Origin: a virus
Taxonomy: Duplodnaviria; Caudoviricetes
IMG/VR virus record: IMGVR_UViG_3300046786_000034
Location: 1 to 37,145 of that record
Length of the DNA: 37,145 nt
Strand: one strand, 5' to 3'
The notes under the pieces are model-generated. The model ran no database searches. It saw nothing but the letters and a program-made list of their open reading frames with translations, and was not told the DNA's origin. Made by a program: the position numbers and the translations under genes. This document shows, piece after piece, positions 1 to 6,619 of this stretch; position 1 is the first letter of the stretch, and each line of letters starts with the position of its first letter.

Positions 1-127
1 CAGTGCCGCAGCCGCACGGCCTTTAGTGACTCCAGGGTTGCCCTCCGTGAACTGGTCATTGTCTGCACCGATCACGATCTTTGAGCCTGGGAACATTTCT
101 TTGGCACTCTTGGCCACCTTGGCCAAG
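1..127. repeat. Terminal direct repeat, copy 1 (circular assembly overlap)
   Basis: Bases 1-127 are identical to 37019-37145 and fall inside a continuous ORF. Confidence 0.97.
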
Positions 128-849
128 TTGCCACAGTCAAACGCCACCAGCACGGTGTACCCCGTTGCCTCATGGATTGATGCGCAAGTGGCAAACCCCT
201 CACCAATAAACACGATCTTGCGATTGCCCCTCAACTCGTAAAATCCACCCTCAATCTTGCCGCCTTTGAGAAACCTTTTGTTGCCGTCTGCATCAATGGT
301 TTGGTACGACAGGATTTCACCAGCTTGGTTGATCACTGGCACAACCAGCCTACCTGCGCGATCAATCTTGATGCCATTGGCGCCAACATGCTTGCGCACA
401 AGGTAAGGATGGTCGTCACTTGCATCTGCATAAGTGCCAACTTCATCCTCTGCACGCTCGGCAGCCACCGCCTGACTAGCCAAACGGTCAGCATCTTTCT
501 TAGCCTTGACCTCTGCCACCCACTTGTCATGCTCAAAGCGCTCAGTAAACGACATCGCACGGCCAGTATCTGCCACCCACTTGCTCTCAAACACTGGCTC
601 TTTCCAACACCCTGCAATGCCTACAGGAACCTTGCCACTGGTGTGCAAGATGTACCAACCATCCAATGCACCCTTCTTGGATGACACATGCGCCACACGG
701 TGAATCTCACCGTCAGCAATGATCTGGTCTTTGATCAGCAGGCCAGCCGCCTCACAATGTCGGCGAAACCCTTCCTCTGGGTTGATCAGGTCTTGGCTTT
801 CTGTTGCAGCAGCGAAGCCATTGGGAAAAATAGAAGTAAGGTTAGTCAT
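1..849 (-). CDS. Primase-helicase, N-terminal Toprim primase part (continues across the junction into 35819..37144)
   Basis: Absent from the ORF track; hand translation from ATG 849 gives MTNLTSIFPNG...HPYLVRKHV...LVVPVINQAGEILSYQTIDADGNKRFLKGG...IGEGFATCASIHEATG...AFDCGNL...IGADND, matching TraC/P4-alpha-type Toprim motifs. In frame with 35819..37144; about 682 aa in total. Confidence 0.9.
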   Translation of the reverse strand, partial: MTNLTSIFPNGFAAATESQDLINPEEGFRRHCEAAGLLIKDQIIADGEIHRVAHVSSKKGALDGWYILHTSGKVPVGIAGCWKEPVFESKWVADTGRAMSFTERFEHDKWVAEVKAKKDADRLASQAVAAERAEDEVGTYADASDDHPYLVRKHVGANGIKIDRAGRLVVPVINQAGEILSYQTIDADGNKRFLKGGKIEGGFYELRGNRKIVFIGEGFATCASIHEATGYTVLVAFDCGNLAKVAKSAKEMFPGSKIVIGADNDQFTEGNPGVTKGRAAAAL

Positions 850-1666
850 TAAATTCTTTCACTGAGTAATTTCCATGCTGTTGCTGCACAAAGTGGGACT
901 TGTCCATTTCCAATGGCTTTAAGTCTGTCCACTCTAGCGGCCACCCCATCAGCCACTCTACCCATGTTGGGTTCAAAATCCCACCAGTCTTGTTCTTGTC
1001 TATTAAAACAACTGTTCCAAGACCTGGTGATTGTCTCTTGAACTCCGATGGACTCCCCTTCTCGTTTGAATTGTGACAAGTTGGAGTAGGAAACTTCTCT
1101 TGTCTTTTCTTTAATGCTTTTCTGCTGTTGCTTCCACCGTCTAATCCTGTTGTGTTGGGTGTATGAAAGCTGTCCACGCCATTTGGCGACAATCCAGATT
1201 CTGTCCCTCTGATGGTTTGCTCCAATGTCCGCTGCTCCCAACACTCCCCATTTCGCATCAAACCCCATTGAGGCCAAGTCTCCGAGAACTCTTCCAAGTC
1301 CCCTAGAAGTGAGCATTGGTGAGTTTTCCACGAACACGAACTTGGGTCGTACTTCGTGAATGATCCTCGCCATTTCTCCCCACATTCCTGATCGCTCTCC
1401 TTCAATCCCTGCTCCTTTTCCTGCGGCTGAGATGTCTTGGCACGGAAATCCTCCAGATACGACATCAACAATTCCTTGCCACGGCTTTCCGTCAAAGGTT
1501 TGAATGTCATCCCAAATCGGGAAAGGCGGGAGAACTCCGTCATTTTGTCTGGCGACAAGTACGCAAGCTGCGTAGGGTTCCCATTCGACTGCGCAAACTG
1601 TACGCCATCCAAGCAAATGGCTTCCGAGAATTCCTCCACCAGCGCCTGCGAATAAAGCCAACTCAT
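842..1666 (-). CDS. Overlapping alternative-frame MTase chain (beta-like) carrying motif IX and TRD-like segments
   Basis: 274-aa ORF overlapping the MTase end to end. Contains GILNPTWVEWLMGWPLEWTD (motif IX-like) and FHTPNT/FPTPTC segments; its ATG directly follows the cro stop. Confidence 0.8.
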   Translation of the reverse strand: MSWLYSQALVEEFSEAICLDGVQFAQSNGNPTQLAYLSPDKMTEFSRLSRFGMTFKPLTESRGKELLMSYLEDFRAKTSQPQEKEQGLKESDQECGEKWRGSFTKYDPSSCSWKTHQCSLLGDLEEFSETWPQWGLMRNGECWEQRTLEQTIRGTESGLSPNGVDSFHTPNTTGLDGGSNSRKALKKRQEKFPTPTCHNSNEKGSPSEFKRQSPGLGTVVLIDKNKTGGILNPTWVEWLMGWPLEWTDLKPLEMDKSHFVQQQHGNYSVKEFND

Positions 1667-1670
1667 TCAC
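849..1670 (-). CDS. C5 cytosine DNA methyltransferase, catalytic (alpha-like) chain lacking motif IX
   Basis: GTG start at 1670. Motif I LFAGAGG, IV GGFPCQDIS, VI FVENS, VIII HQRDRIWIVA, X RLKAIGNGQVP. Confidence 0.92.
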   Translation of the reverse strand: MNELALFAGAGGGILGSHLLGWRTVCAVEWEPYAACVLVARQNDGVLPPFPIWDDIQTFDGKPWQGIVDVVSGGFPCQDISAAGKGAGIEGERSGMWGEMARIIHEVRPKFVFVENSPMLTSRGLGRVLGDLASMGFDAKWGVLGAADIGANHQRDRIWIVAKWRGQLSYTQHNRIRRWKQQQKSIKEKTREVSYSNLSQFKREGESIGVQETITRSWNSCFNRQEQDWWDFEPNMGRVADGVAARVDRLKAIGNGQVPLCAATAWKLLSERI

Positions 1671-1882
1671 GCCTGCCCCACCAACTCTGGCCAAATAGAC
1701 TGCCAGCTGCCCTGGCACACCATCTGGCGAGTCACCCGCCCCTCGGTCTGCTGCTCAACCCTCACGGCCTCCCATGCTGACATCTCACGCCTGCCGGTCA
1801 GGCACTGGTAGAGATATTGCTCGTTAATGCCAACTTTTTCTGCCAGTTGTCGGCGCTCATCTGGTGTTATTTGTGTGTTCAT
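1667..1882 (-). CDS. Cro/YdaS-like HTH regulator
   Basis: RRQLAEKVGINEQYLYQCLTGRR helix-turn-helix and VEQQTEGRVTRQMVC..W..IWPEL tail typical of Cro/YdaS proteins; first gene of the leftward operon. Confidence 0.85.
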   Translation of the reverse strand: MNTQITPDERRQLAEKVGINEQYLYQCLTGRREMSAWEAVRVEQQTEGRVTRQMVCQGSWQSIWPELVGQA

Positions 1883-1891
1883 AGGGCATCG

Positions 1892-1922
1892 ACTCTAGCA
1901 CATTGATAGACTTTTTTGGCAA
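1892..1922 (-). promoter_or_regulatory. Possible leftward promoter for the cro operon (extended -10)
   Basis: Minus strand TG-C-TAGAGT ending 9 nt before the cro ATG; TTGCCA lies 19 bp upstream. Confidence 0.45.
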
Positions 1923-1986
1923 TAGGGAAAACACCTATGAAAATAATTCTAGCAAGGGGCTTGACAACATCTAGCAAGTCGCTAGA
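1894..1986. promoter_or_regulatory. Three 17-bp operator-like palindromes TCTAGC-N5-G(C/A)T(A/T)GA
   Basis: 1894-1910 TCTAGCacattGATAGA; 1948-1964 TCTAGCaagggGCTTGA; 1970-1986 TCTAGCaagtcGCTAGA (perfect). Confidence 0.75.
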
Positions 1987-1988
1987 AT
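1961..1988 (+). promoter_or_regulatory. Sigma70-type rightward early promoter
   Basis: TTGACA (1961-1966), 16 bp, TAGAAT (1983-1988). Confidence 0.7.
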
Positions 1989-2052
1989 TCAAAGCGTGGC
2001 AGCGAAATAGTTCACTGACCATCACGCCGCAAGGCCATAAAGGAAACACAAA

Positions 2053-2265
2053 ATGACATTCTCTTATTCACGCCGCACACCAATCAATGTTTTGACTGTT
2101 GAAGCTAATTTTAATTTGGTTGAAGTTGGTGGTAAACGCTTAGACACATTGCGTGAAGATTTTTATGACTTGGCAGCCACTGCCACAGTTTCAAATCGTG
2201 TGCCTTATGTTTCTGCTTACGATTTTGCGTTGTCTGGTGGTGAGCCTTACGCCACTTGGAAGTAA
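2053..2265 (+). CDS. Hypothetical protein, first early gene
   Basis: 70-aa ORF preceded by an AAGGA ribosome-binding site, just downstream of the promoter. Confidence 0.7.
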   Translation: MTFSYSRRTPINVLTVEANFNLVEVGGKRLDTLREDFYDLAATATVSNRVPYVSAYDFALSGGEPYATWK

Positions 2266-2281
2266 TTAACTAAAACCAAAC

Positions 2282-2295
2282 GGGGCTTCGGCCCC
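2282..2295 (+). promoter_or_regulatory. cUUCGg tetraloop hairpin (stabiliser or weak terminator)
   Basis: GGGGC-TTCG-GCCCC with no U-tract downstream; the same 14-mer occurs on the minus strand at 22434-22447. Confidence 0.55.
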
Positions 2296-2307
2296 CGAAA
2301 GCACAAC

Positions 2308-2451
2308 ATGAAACACCACAGACACTTTCAATACCCCGAAGTCAAAAACGCCAAGCTGCACGCACGCGCAGACGCAGCCGTTGACTTTCTTGCCGCCGTT
2401 GCCATTGCCGTTGGCCTTGCAGTTCTTTTGGTCGCATGGTGGTCAACATGA
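2308..2451 (+). CDS. 47-aa single-TM membrane peptide
   Basis: Hand translation MKHHRHFQYPEVKNAKLHARADAAVDFLAAVAIAVGLAVLLVAWWST; ATGA overlap with the next gene. Confidence 0.7.
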   Translation: MKHHRHFQYPEVKNAKLHARADAAVDFLAAVAIAVGLAVLLVAWWST

Positions 2452-2603
2452 CCCAAGATGAAATCAATGCAATCCAACAACAAGTCAATTCGCTTAGAAC
2501 ACAAGCCCTTGCAATCATCATGAAGTTTTTGTGGGAAAAAGGATACGACAAAGAGATGGTTAAAAAAGCCGCTGACGCAATGATGAAAGCGAGGGAAGCA
2601 TGA
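2448..2603 (+). CDS. 51-aa hypothetical protein, MTQDEI cassette 1
   Basis: Hand translation MTQDEINAIQQQVNSLRTQALAIIMKFLWEKGYDKEMVKKAADAMMKAREA; ATGA overlaps at both ends. Confidence 0.7.
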   Translation: MTQDEINAIQQQVNSLRTQALAIIMKFLWEKGYDKEMVKKAADAMMKAREA

Positions 2604-2830
2604 CACAAGATGAAATCATTGAGATGCTGAGAGCATCATGCGACAAAGACAAGGTAGACCCTGAGCAAAATGGGTTTTGGGTAATCGTTACCGAAGAACT
2701 TGTGCGCTTTGCCAAGCTAGTAGCACAGCATGAGCGTGAGGCGTGTGCAAAGTTGATTGAAGATAAATATTACGTCATTGATGAAGACTTGGTTATTGCA
2801 GACGCAATCCGAGCAGGAGAGCACACATGA
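2600..2830 (+). CDS. Hypothetical protein, MTQDEI cassette 2
   Basis: MTQDEIIEM...FAKLVAQHEREACAK...AIRA; paralogue of the next ORF. Confidence 0.75.
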   Translation: MTQDEIIEMLRASCDKDKVDPEQNGFWVIVTEELVRFAKLVAQHEREACAKLIEDKYYVIDEDLVIADAIRAGEHT

Positions 2831-3072
2831 CACAAGATGAAATAATTGAGATGGCTAAACAGGCGGGAAAATTTAAAGATGGTATTTTTCCAGAGCCTTG
2901 GCTTCCGTTCTTTGTAGACTTTGCCAATCTAGTAGCACAACATGAGCGTGAGGAAATAGCACAGTTCATTGAGCAAACCAGACTTGGTTCATTGCCCATT
3001 GAGATTGCATTGCATTACGCAACTCTATTGGGGTCTTATGCAACAGCCATCCGAGCAAGGGGACAAGCATGA
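2827..3072 (+). CDS. Hypothetical protein, MTQDEI cassette 3
   Basis: MTQDEIIEM...FANLVAQHEREEIA...AIRARG. Confidence 0.75.
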   Translation: MTQDEIIEMAKQAGKFKDGIFPEPWLPFFVDFANLVAQHEREEIAQFIEQTRLGSLPIEIALHYATLLGSYATAIRARGQA

Positions 3073-3461
3073 CACAGACTGAAGCATTACGCCTTGCATT
3101 GGAGGCGTTTGAATACACAGGTTTGAAATGGCCTCAAGTTGAAGAAGCCATCACCGCCATTAAAGCCGCACTAGAAGCCAAGGATGAGCCTGTGGCGTGG
3201 CGCACATTTGATGGCGAAGGCGGTTATGACTACCGAACTTATGAAAACAACGAGGACTACGCCAACGATTGGGACAAGCGCAACCCAAAGCATAAAGGGT
3301 GGGTTGAGCCTCTCTACACCACCCCACCACAGCAAAAAGCGAAGGATGAGCGTGTGCAAGTGTCACCATTGCAGTTTGTTGAGATGGTGATGGAGAAGGA
3401 AGACTGCATTGGCAAACCAATAATTTGGGCTGAGTGGCCTAATAAGGAAAAGAACACATGA
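3069..3461 (+). CDS. Modular early protein with EPVAW...PLYTTPPQ segment (Eaa/Ead-like)
   Basis: EPVAW and PLYT-PP motifs are typical of mosaic accessory proteins of lambdoid early regions; ATGA coupling. Confidence 0.65.
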   Translation: MTQTEALRLALEAFEYTGLKWPQVEEAITAIKAALEAKDEPVAWRTFDGEGGYDYRTYENNEDYANDWDKRNPKHKGWVEPLYTTPPQQKAKDERVQVSPLQFVEMVMEKEDCIGKPIIWAEWPNKEKNT

Positions 3462-3733
3462 ACAGCACCCCATCATGCCCCCATGGGTTGATCGAATATG
3501 CCTGCGAAGTTGAAGGCGTTGATCTCGTTTGTTACTTGGAGTACACGCCAAACGAAGAAGGCGCGAGAGACAGCTATGGCTTACCGAGTGCGCCTGGCAC
3601 TGACGAAGATATGGACTTGGTCAACGCCTATGTTAAAGGCACTGACATTGACATTGGCCACTTGCTATTGCAGGGCATTGTTGACCACATTACAACCACA
3701 GCACTTGAGGAAATGAAAAATGACGATCTCTGA
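3458..3733 (+). CDS. Acidic hypothetical protein
   Basis: 91-aa ORF with AAGGA RBS and ATGA coupling. Confidence 0.7.
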   Translation: MNSTPSCPHGLIEYACEVEGVDLVCYLEYTPNEEGARDSYGLPSAPGTDEDMDLVNAYVKGTDIDIGHLLLQGIVDHITTTALEEMKNDDL

Positions 3734-4088
3734 ACTGGCAGCACAGCTGCGCAAGGCCAAGCAGGCCGAAGCCGACGCCAAGGCCGAGCGTCTGCGCATT
3801 GAGGGCTTGATCACCGAGCAGTTTGCCAAGCCCGAAAGCAACGAAGGCACGCACAACGACGAAGAGTTCACCATCACATGGAAACTTAACCGCACCGTGA
3901 ACACCGACCACTTGGCCGCTGACTATGACGATCTGCCGACCAACGCCAAGAACGCATTCCGCTGGAAAGCCGAAGTCAATCTGGCTTATCTGCGATCACT
4001 TTCCGAAATTGACCCCGCCGCCTACAACAAGGCTGCCGTGTTCATCACTAGCAAACCCGCAAAACCATCCATTGAACTGAAAGACTAA
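3720..4088 (+). CDS. Hypothetical protein with N-terminal coiled coil, recombination-module associated
   Basis: GAGG RBS; sits directly before the Sak4-like ATPase. Confidence 0.75.
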   Translation: MTISELAAQLRKAKQAEADAKAERLRIEGLITEQFAKPESNEGTHNDEEFTITWKLNRTVNTDHLAADYDDLPTNAKNAFRWKAEVNLAYLRSLSEIDPAAYNKAAVFITSKPAKPSIELKD

Positions 4089-4089
4089 C

Positions 4090-4836
4090 ATGGCCTTTGA
4101 TCTATCATCCATATCCAAAACCAAGCGCGTACGCTCACCCAAGATTGTTGTGGTGGGGCAGGGCAAGATTGGCAAAACAACCTTTGCCGCCATGGCGCCC
4201 AACGCCATTGGCATCTTGACCGAGGACGGGGCTGATGCCGTAGACGCAAACGCTTTTCCGCTGGCGTCCAGTCTGGCCGATGTTTACTCAGCCGTTGACA
4301 CGTTGATCAATCAGGATCATCCGTTCCAGACGTTGTTCATTGACTCGCTTGACTGGCTTGAACCCATGATCCAAGAGTATGTGTGCAAGCAGAATAACTG
4401 GAAGAACATTGAGCAGCCAGGCTTTGGTAAGGGATATGTGGCCGCCGCCGAAGAGTGGCGCAATCTTCTGTCTGGCTTGGAGGTGCTTCGCTCTGCCAAG
4501 GGCATGGGCATCATCTTGATTGCGCACGACAAGATCAAGCGCGTTGAAGACCCACTGACCGAAGGATACGACAGCCATGTGCTGAAACTGCACGACAAGG
4601 CCGCTGGCTTGGTTCAGGAATGGGCTGATGTCATTGGCTATGCAGGGTATCGCATTTTTACCAGCAAGACTGACGCAGGGTTTTCTAAGAAAGAAACCAA
4701 GGCCACCACCACTGGCGAACGCATCTTGCATGTAGAACCCCATCCGGCTCACTGCGGTGGTAACCGCTTTGGCCTGACCAATATGCCGCTTGACTGGACG
4801 GCATTCCAAGCTGCGCTGACACAGGCGCAGTCTTGA
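4090..4836 (+). CDS. Sak4-like AAA_24 ATPase (ssDNA-annealing recombinase)
   Basis: Walker A GQGKIGKTT, Walker B TLFIDSLDWLE, GFGKGY, IILIAH and EWADVIGY motifs. Confidence 0.88.
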   Translation: MAFDLSSISKTKRVRSPKIVVVGQGKIGKTTFAAMAPNAIGILTEDGADAVDANAFPLASSLADVYSAVDTLINQDHPFQTLFIDSLDWLEPMIQEYVCKQNNWKNIEQPGFGKGYVAAAEEWRNLLSGLEVLRSAKGMGIILIAHDKIKRVEDPLTEGYDSHVLKLHDKAAGLVQEWADVIGYAGYRIFTSKTDAGFSKKETKATTTGERILHVEPHPAHCGGNRFGLTNMPLDWTAFQAALTQAQS

Positions 4837-4875
4837 TCACACCAGTTCGTAACTTAACTTTTTAGGAAATTTATC

Positions 4876-5379
4876 ATGGCTCAGTTTAATTTTGACGCAT
4901 CCCAAGTCGCCCCCCAAGCATCTACAGGCCCACTGCCTGCTGGCACTTATTTGGCACACATCACAGAGTCTGATGTGCAGCCTTTGAAGTCTGGCAACGG
5001 CGAAGGCTTGAAGTTGACATTTGAGATCATTGAAGGCCAGTTTAAAGGCCGCCGTGTGTGGGAGAACTTGAACATTCGTCACAGCAACGAAGACACTCAG
5101 CGCATCGCACAAAGCCAGTTGTCTGCGCTTTGCCATGCGGTCAATGTCATCAAGTTGATGGACACTGGTTCTTTGCACTTTAAGCCAGTTCGCATCAATG
5201 TGACTGTGCGTGAAGCGCAGGGCATGTACAAGGCCAGCAACAACATCAAGGGTTATGAGTCTGCCGGTGGTGGTTTCAGCGCACCAGCTGCTCCCGCGCC
5301 TGCTGCCGAAACCCCTGCATGGCCAACAGCCGAGCAAGAAGCCGCCAAGCCTAAAGCACCAGCCTGGGCGCGTAAATAA
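4876..5379 (+). CDS. DUF669-type phage single-stranded DNA-binding protein
   Basis: PLPAGTY..I..S, LKLTFEIIEG..KGR.VW.NLN, N.IKGY and an Ala/Pro tail ending PAW; canonical Sak4 partner. Confidence 0.82.
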   Translation: MAQFNFDASQVAPQASTGPLPAGTYLAHITESDVQPLKSGNGEGLKLTFEIIEGQFKGRRVWENLNIRHSNEDTQRIAQSQLSALCHAVNVIKLMDTGSLHFKPVRINVTVREAQGMYKASNNIKGYESAGGGFSAPAAPAPAAETPAWPTAEQEAAKPKAPAWARK

Positions 5380-6464
5380 TGGCTTTACTTCCACAATCAG
5401 TTACTGATCCTGTGGCCGATGCCATCTTTGCCTACTACAAGGCAAAGTATGGCTCGGAAGCACAACGACCTTACCTTGGCGCCTCTGCCATTGGTAAGCC
5501 CTGTTTGCGCCAGCACTGGTATTCGTTCCGTTGGTCTAAGCCTGCACAGTTCTCTGGCCGCTTGTATCGAGTGTTTCAGTCTGGCCACTTACAAGAGCCA
5601 AGGGTTTATCAAGACTTGTCAAGTATTGGCTGCACGGTGTATCAGATCAACCTCGCCACGGGTAAGCAGTGGTCGTTTAGCGAACCTGAGACTGGCCACC
5701 ACTTTCAAGGCAACGCTGACGGCATCATTACTGGCTTGCCGCAGGCGCCAAAGTCTCCGCACATATTGGAGATCAAGACCGCATCTGACAAGATGTTCAA
5801 GGAAATGCAAAAAAATGGCGTAAAGAAGGCCAAGCCCGAACACTACGCGCAGATGCAAATATACATGAAATGGAGCATTGACCAGTTTGGCGAGGATGGC
5901 TGCCACCGTGCGCTGTACTTTGTGGTGAACAAGGACAACGATGACATTTATACCGAGCGCTTGGAGTACGACAAAGCCGAAGCGCAGGCCATCATTGACA
6001 AGGCCACAGCGGTGATCAACAGCATTGAGCCACCCGTTGGCGTGTCAACCGACCCGACATGGTTTGAGTGCAAGTTTTGTGATTACCAGGCGATCTGCCA
6101 TGGCACAGATGTGCCAGCGCCCACTTGCCGGTCATGCTTGCATGTGACGCCAGAGATGCAAGGCCATGCCCGTTGGTCATGCAACAGCCACGGCATTGAT
6201 TTGGCCGTAGAAGATCAGCGCAAGGGTTGCAGTCGCCACCGCTACATTCCTATTTTGTTGGCCAAGACTGCCACGCCAGTTGACAGCACCGAAGACTATG
6301 GCGTGGTCTACCAGATGGGCGACAAGCAGTTTGTCAATGGCGACCCAGAGTCTAATCCAGACTACATCAGCAGCGCTGAGATTCATGCCTGCGCAGACAA
6401 GGTGATGCTGACCGATTCACAGGCGCTTGAGTTGCGCAAACAACACAACGGAAGGTTTGTATGA
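5379..6464 (+). CDS. Cas4-like PD-(D/E)xK exonuclease with Cys clusters
   Basis: YLGASAIGKPC.R, GNADG, LEIKT, HYAQMQIYM, CKFCDYQAIC, plus an extra CRSC...C...C. Confidence 0.87.
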   Translation: MALLPQSVTDPVADAIFAYYKAKYGSEAQRPYLGASAIGKPCLRQHWYSFRWSKPAQFSGRLYRVFQSGHLQEPRVYQDLSSIGCTVYQINLATGKQWSFSEPETGHHFQGNADGIITGLPQAPKSPHILEIKTASDKMFKEMQKNGVKKAKPEHYAQMQIYMKWSIDQFGEDGCHRALYFVVNKDNDDIYTERLEYDKAEAQAIIDKATAVINSIEPPVGVSTDPTWFECKFCDYQAICHGTDVPAPTCRSCLHVTPEMQGHARWSCNSHGIDLAVEDQRKGCSRHRYIPILLAKTATPVDSTEDYGVVYQMGDKQFVNGDPESNPDYISSAEIHACADKVMLTDSQALELRKQHNGRFV

Positions 6465-6619
6465 ACACGCCACCGATCCAAGACATTACGCTCAGAGATT
6501 ATTTTGCCGCAGCTGCGTTGACTGGTTTACTGGCCAACGGCGACCGCAAAACAGCTGTAGAAAACGCTTACGCCATGGCTGACAAGATGATTGAGGAGCG
6601 CAAAAGTGAAGCTGCGTGA
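6461..6619 (+). CDS. 52-aa protein of the common phage 'LRDYFAA' family
   Basis: Hand translation MNTPPIQDITLRDYFAAAALTGLLANGDRKTAVENAYAMADKMIEERKSEAA. Confidence 0.8.
   Translation: MNTPPIQDITLRDYFAAAALTGLLANGDRKTAVENAYAMADKMIEERKSEAA

Noticed and set aside
1-127. Biological terminal repeat of the virion DNA
   Set aside because: 127 bp is a common assembler k-mer length and the repeat lies mid-gene, so it is most likely an assembly overlap.
849-1718. MTase start at 1718 as listed in the ORF track, or a frameshifted pseudogene
   Set aside because: GTG 1670 places motif I at the usual distance from the N-terminus and couples to the cro stop; both frames are intact throughout.
5379-6464. CRISPR-Cas adaptation gene
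   Set aside because: No other cas genes or array; the context is the Sak4/SSB/helicase recombination module.
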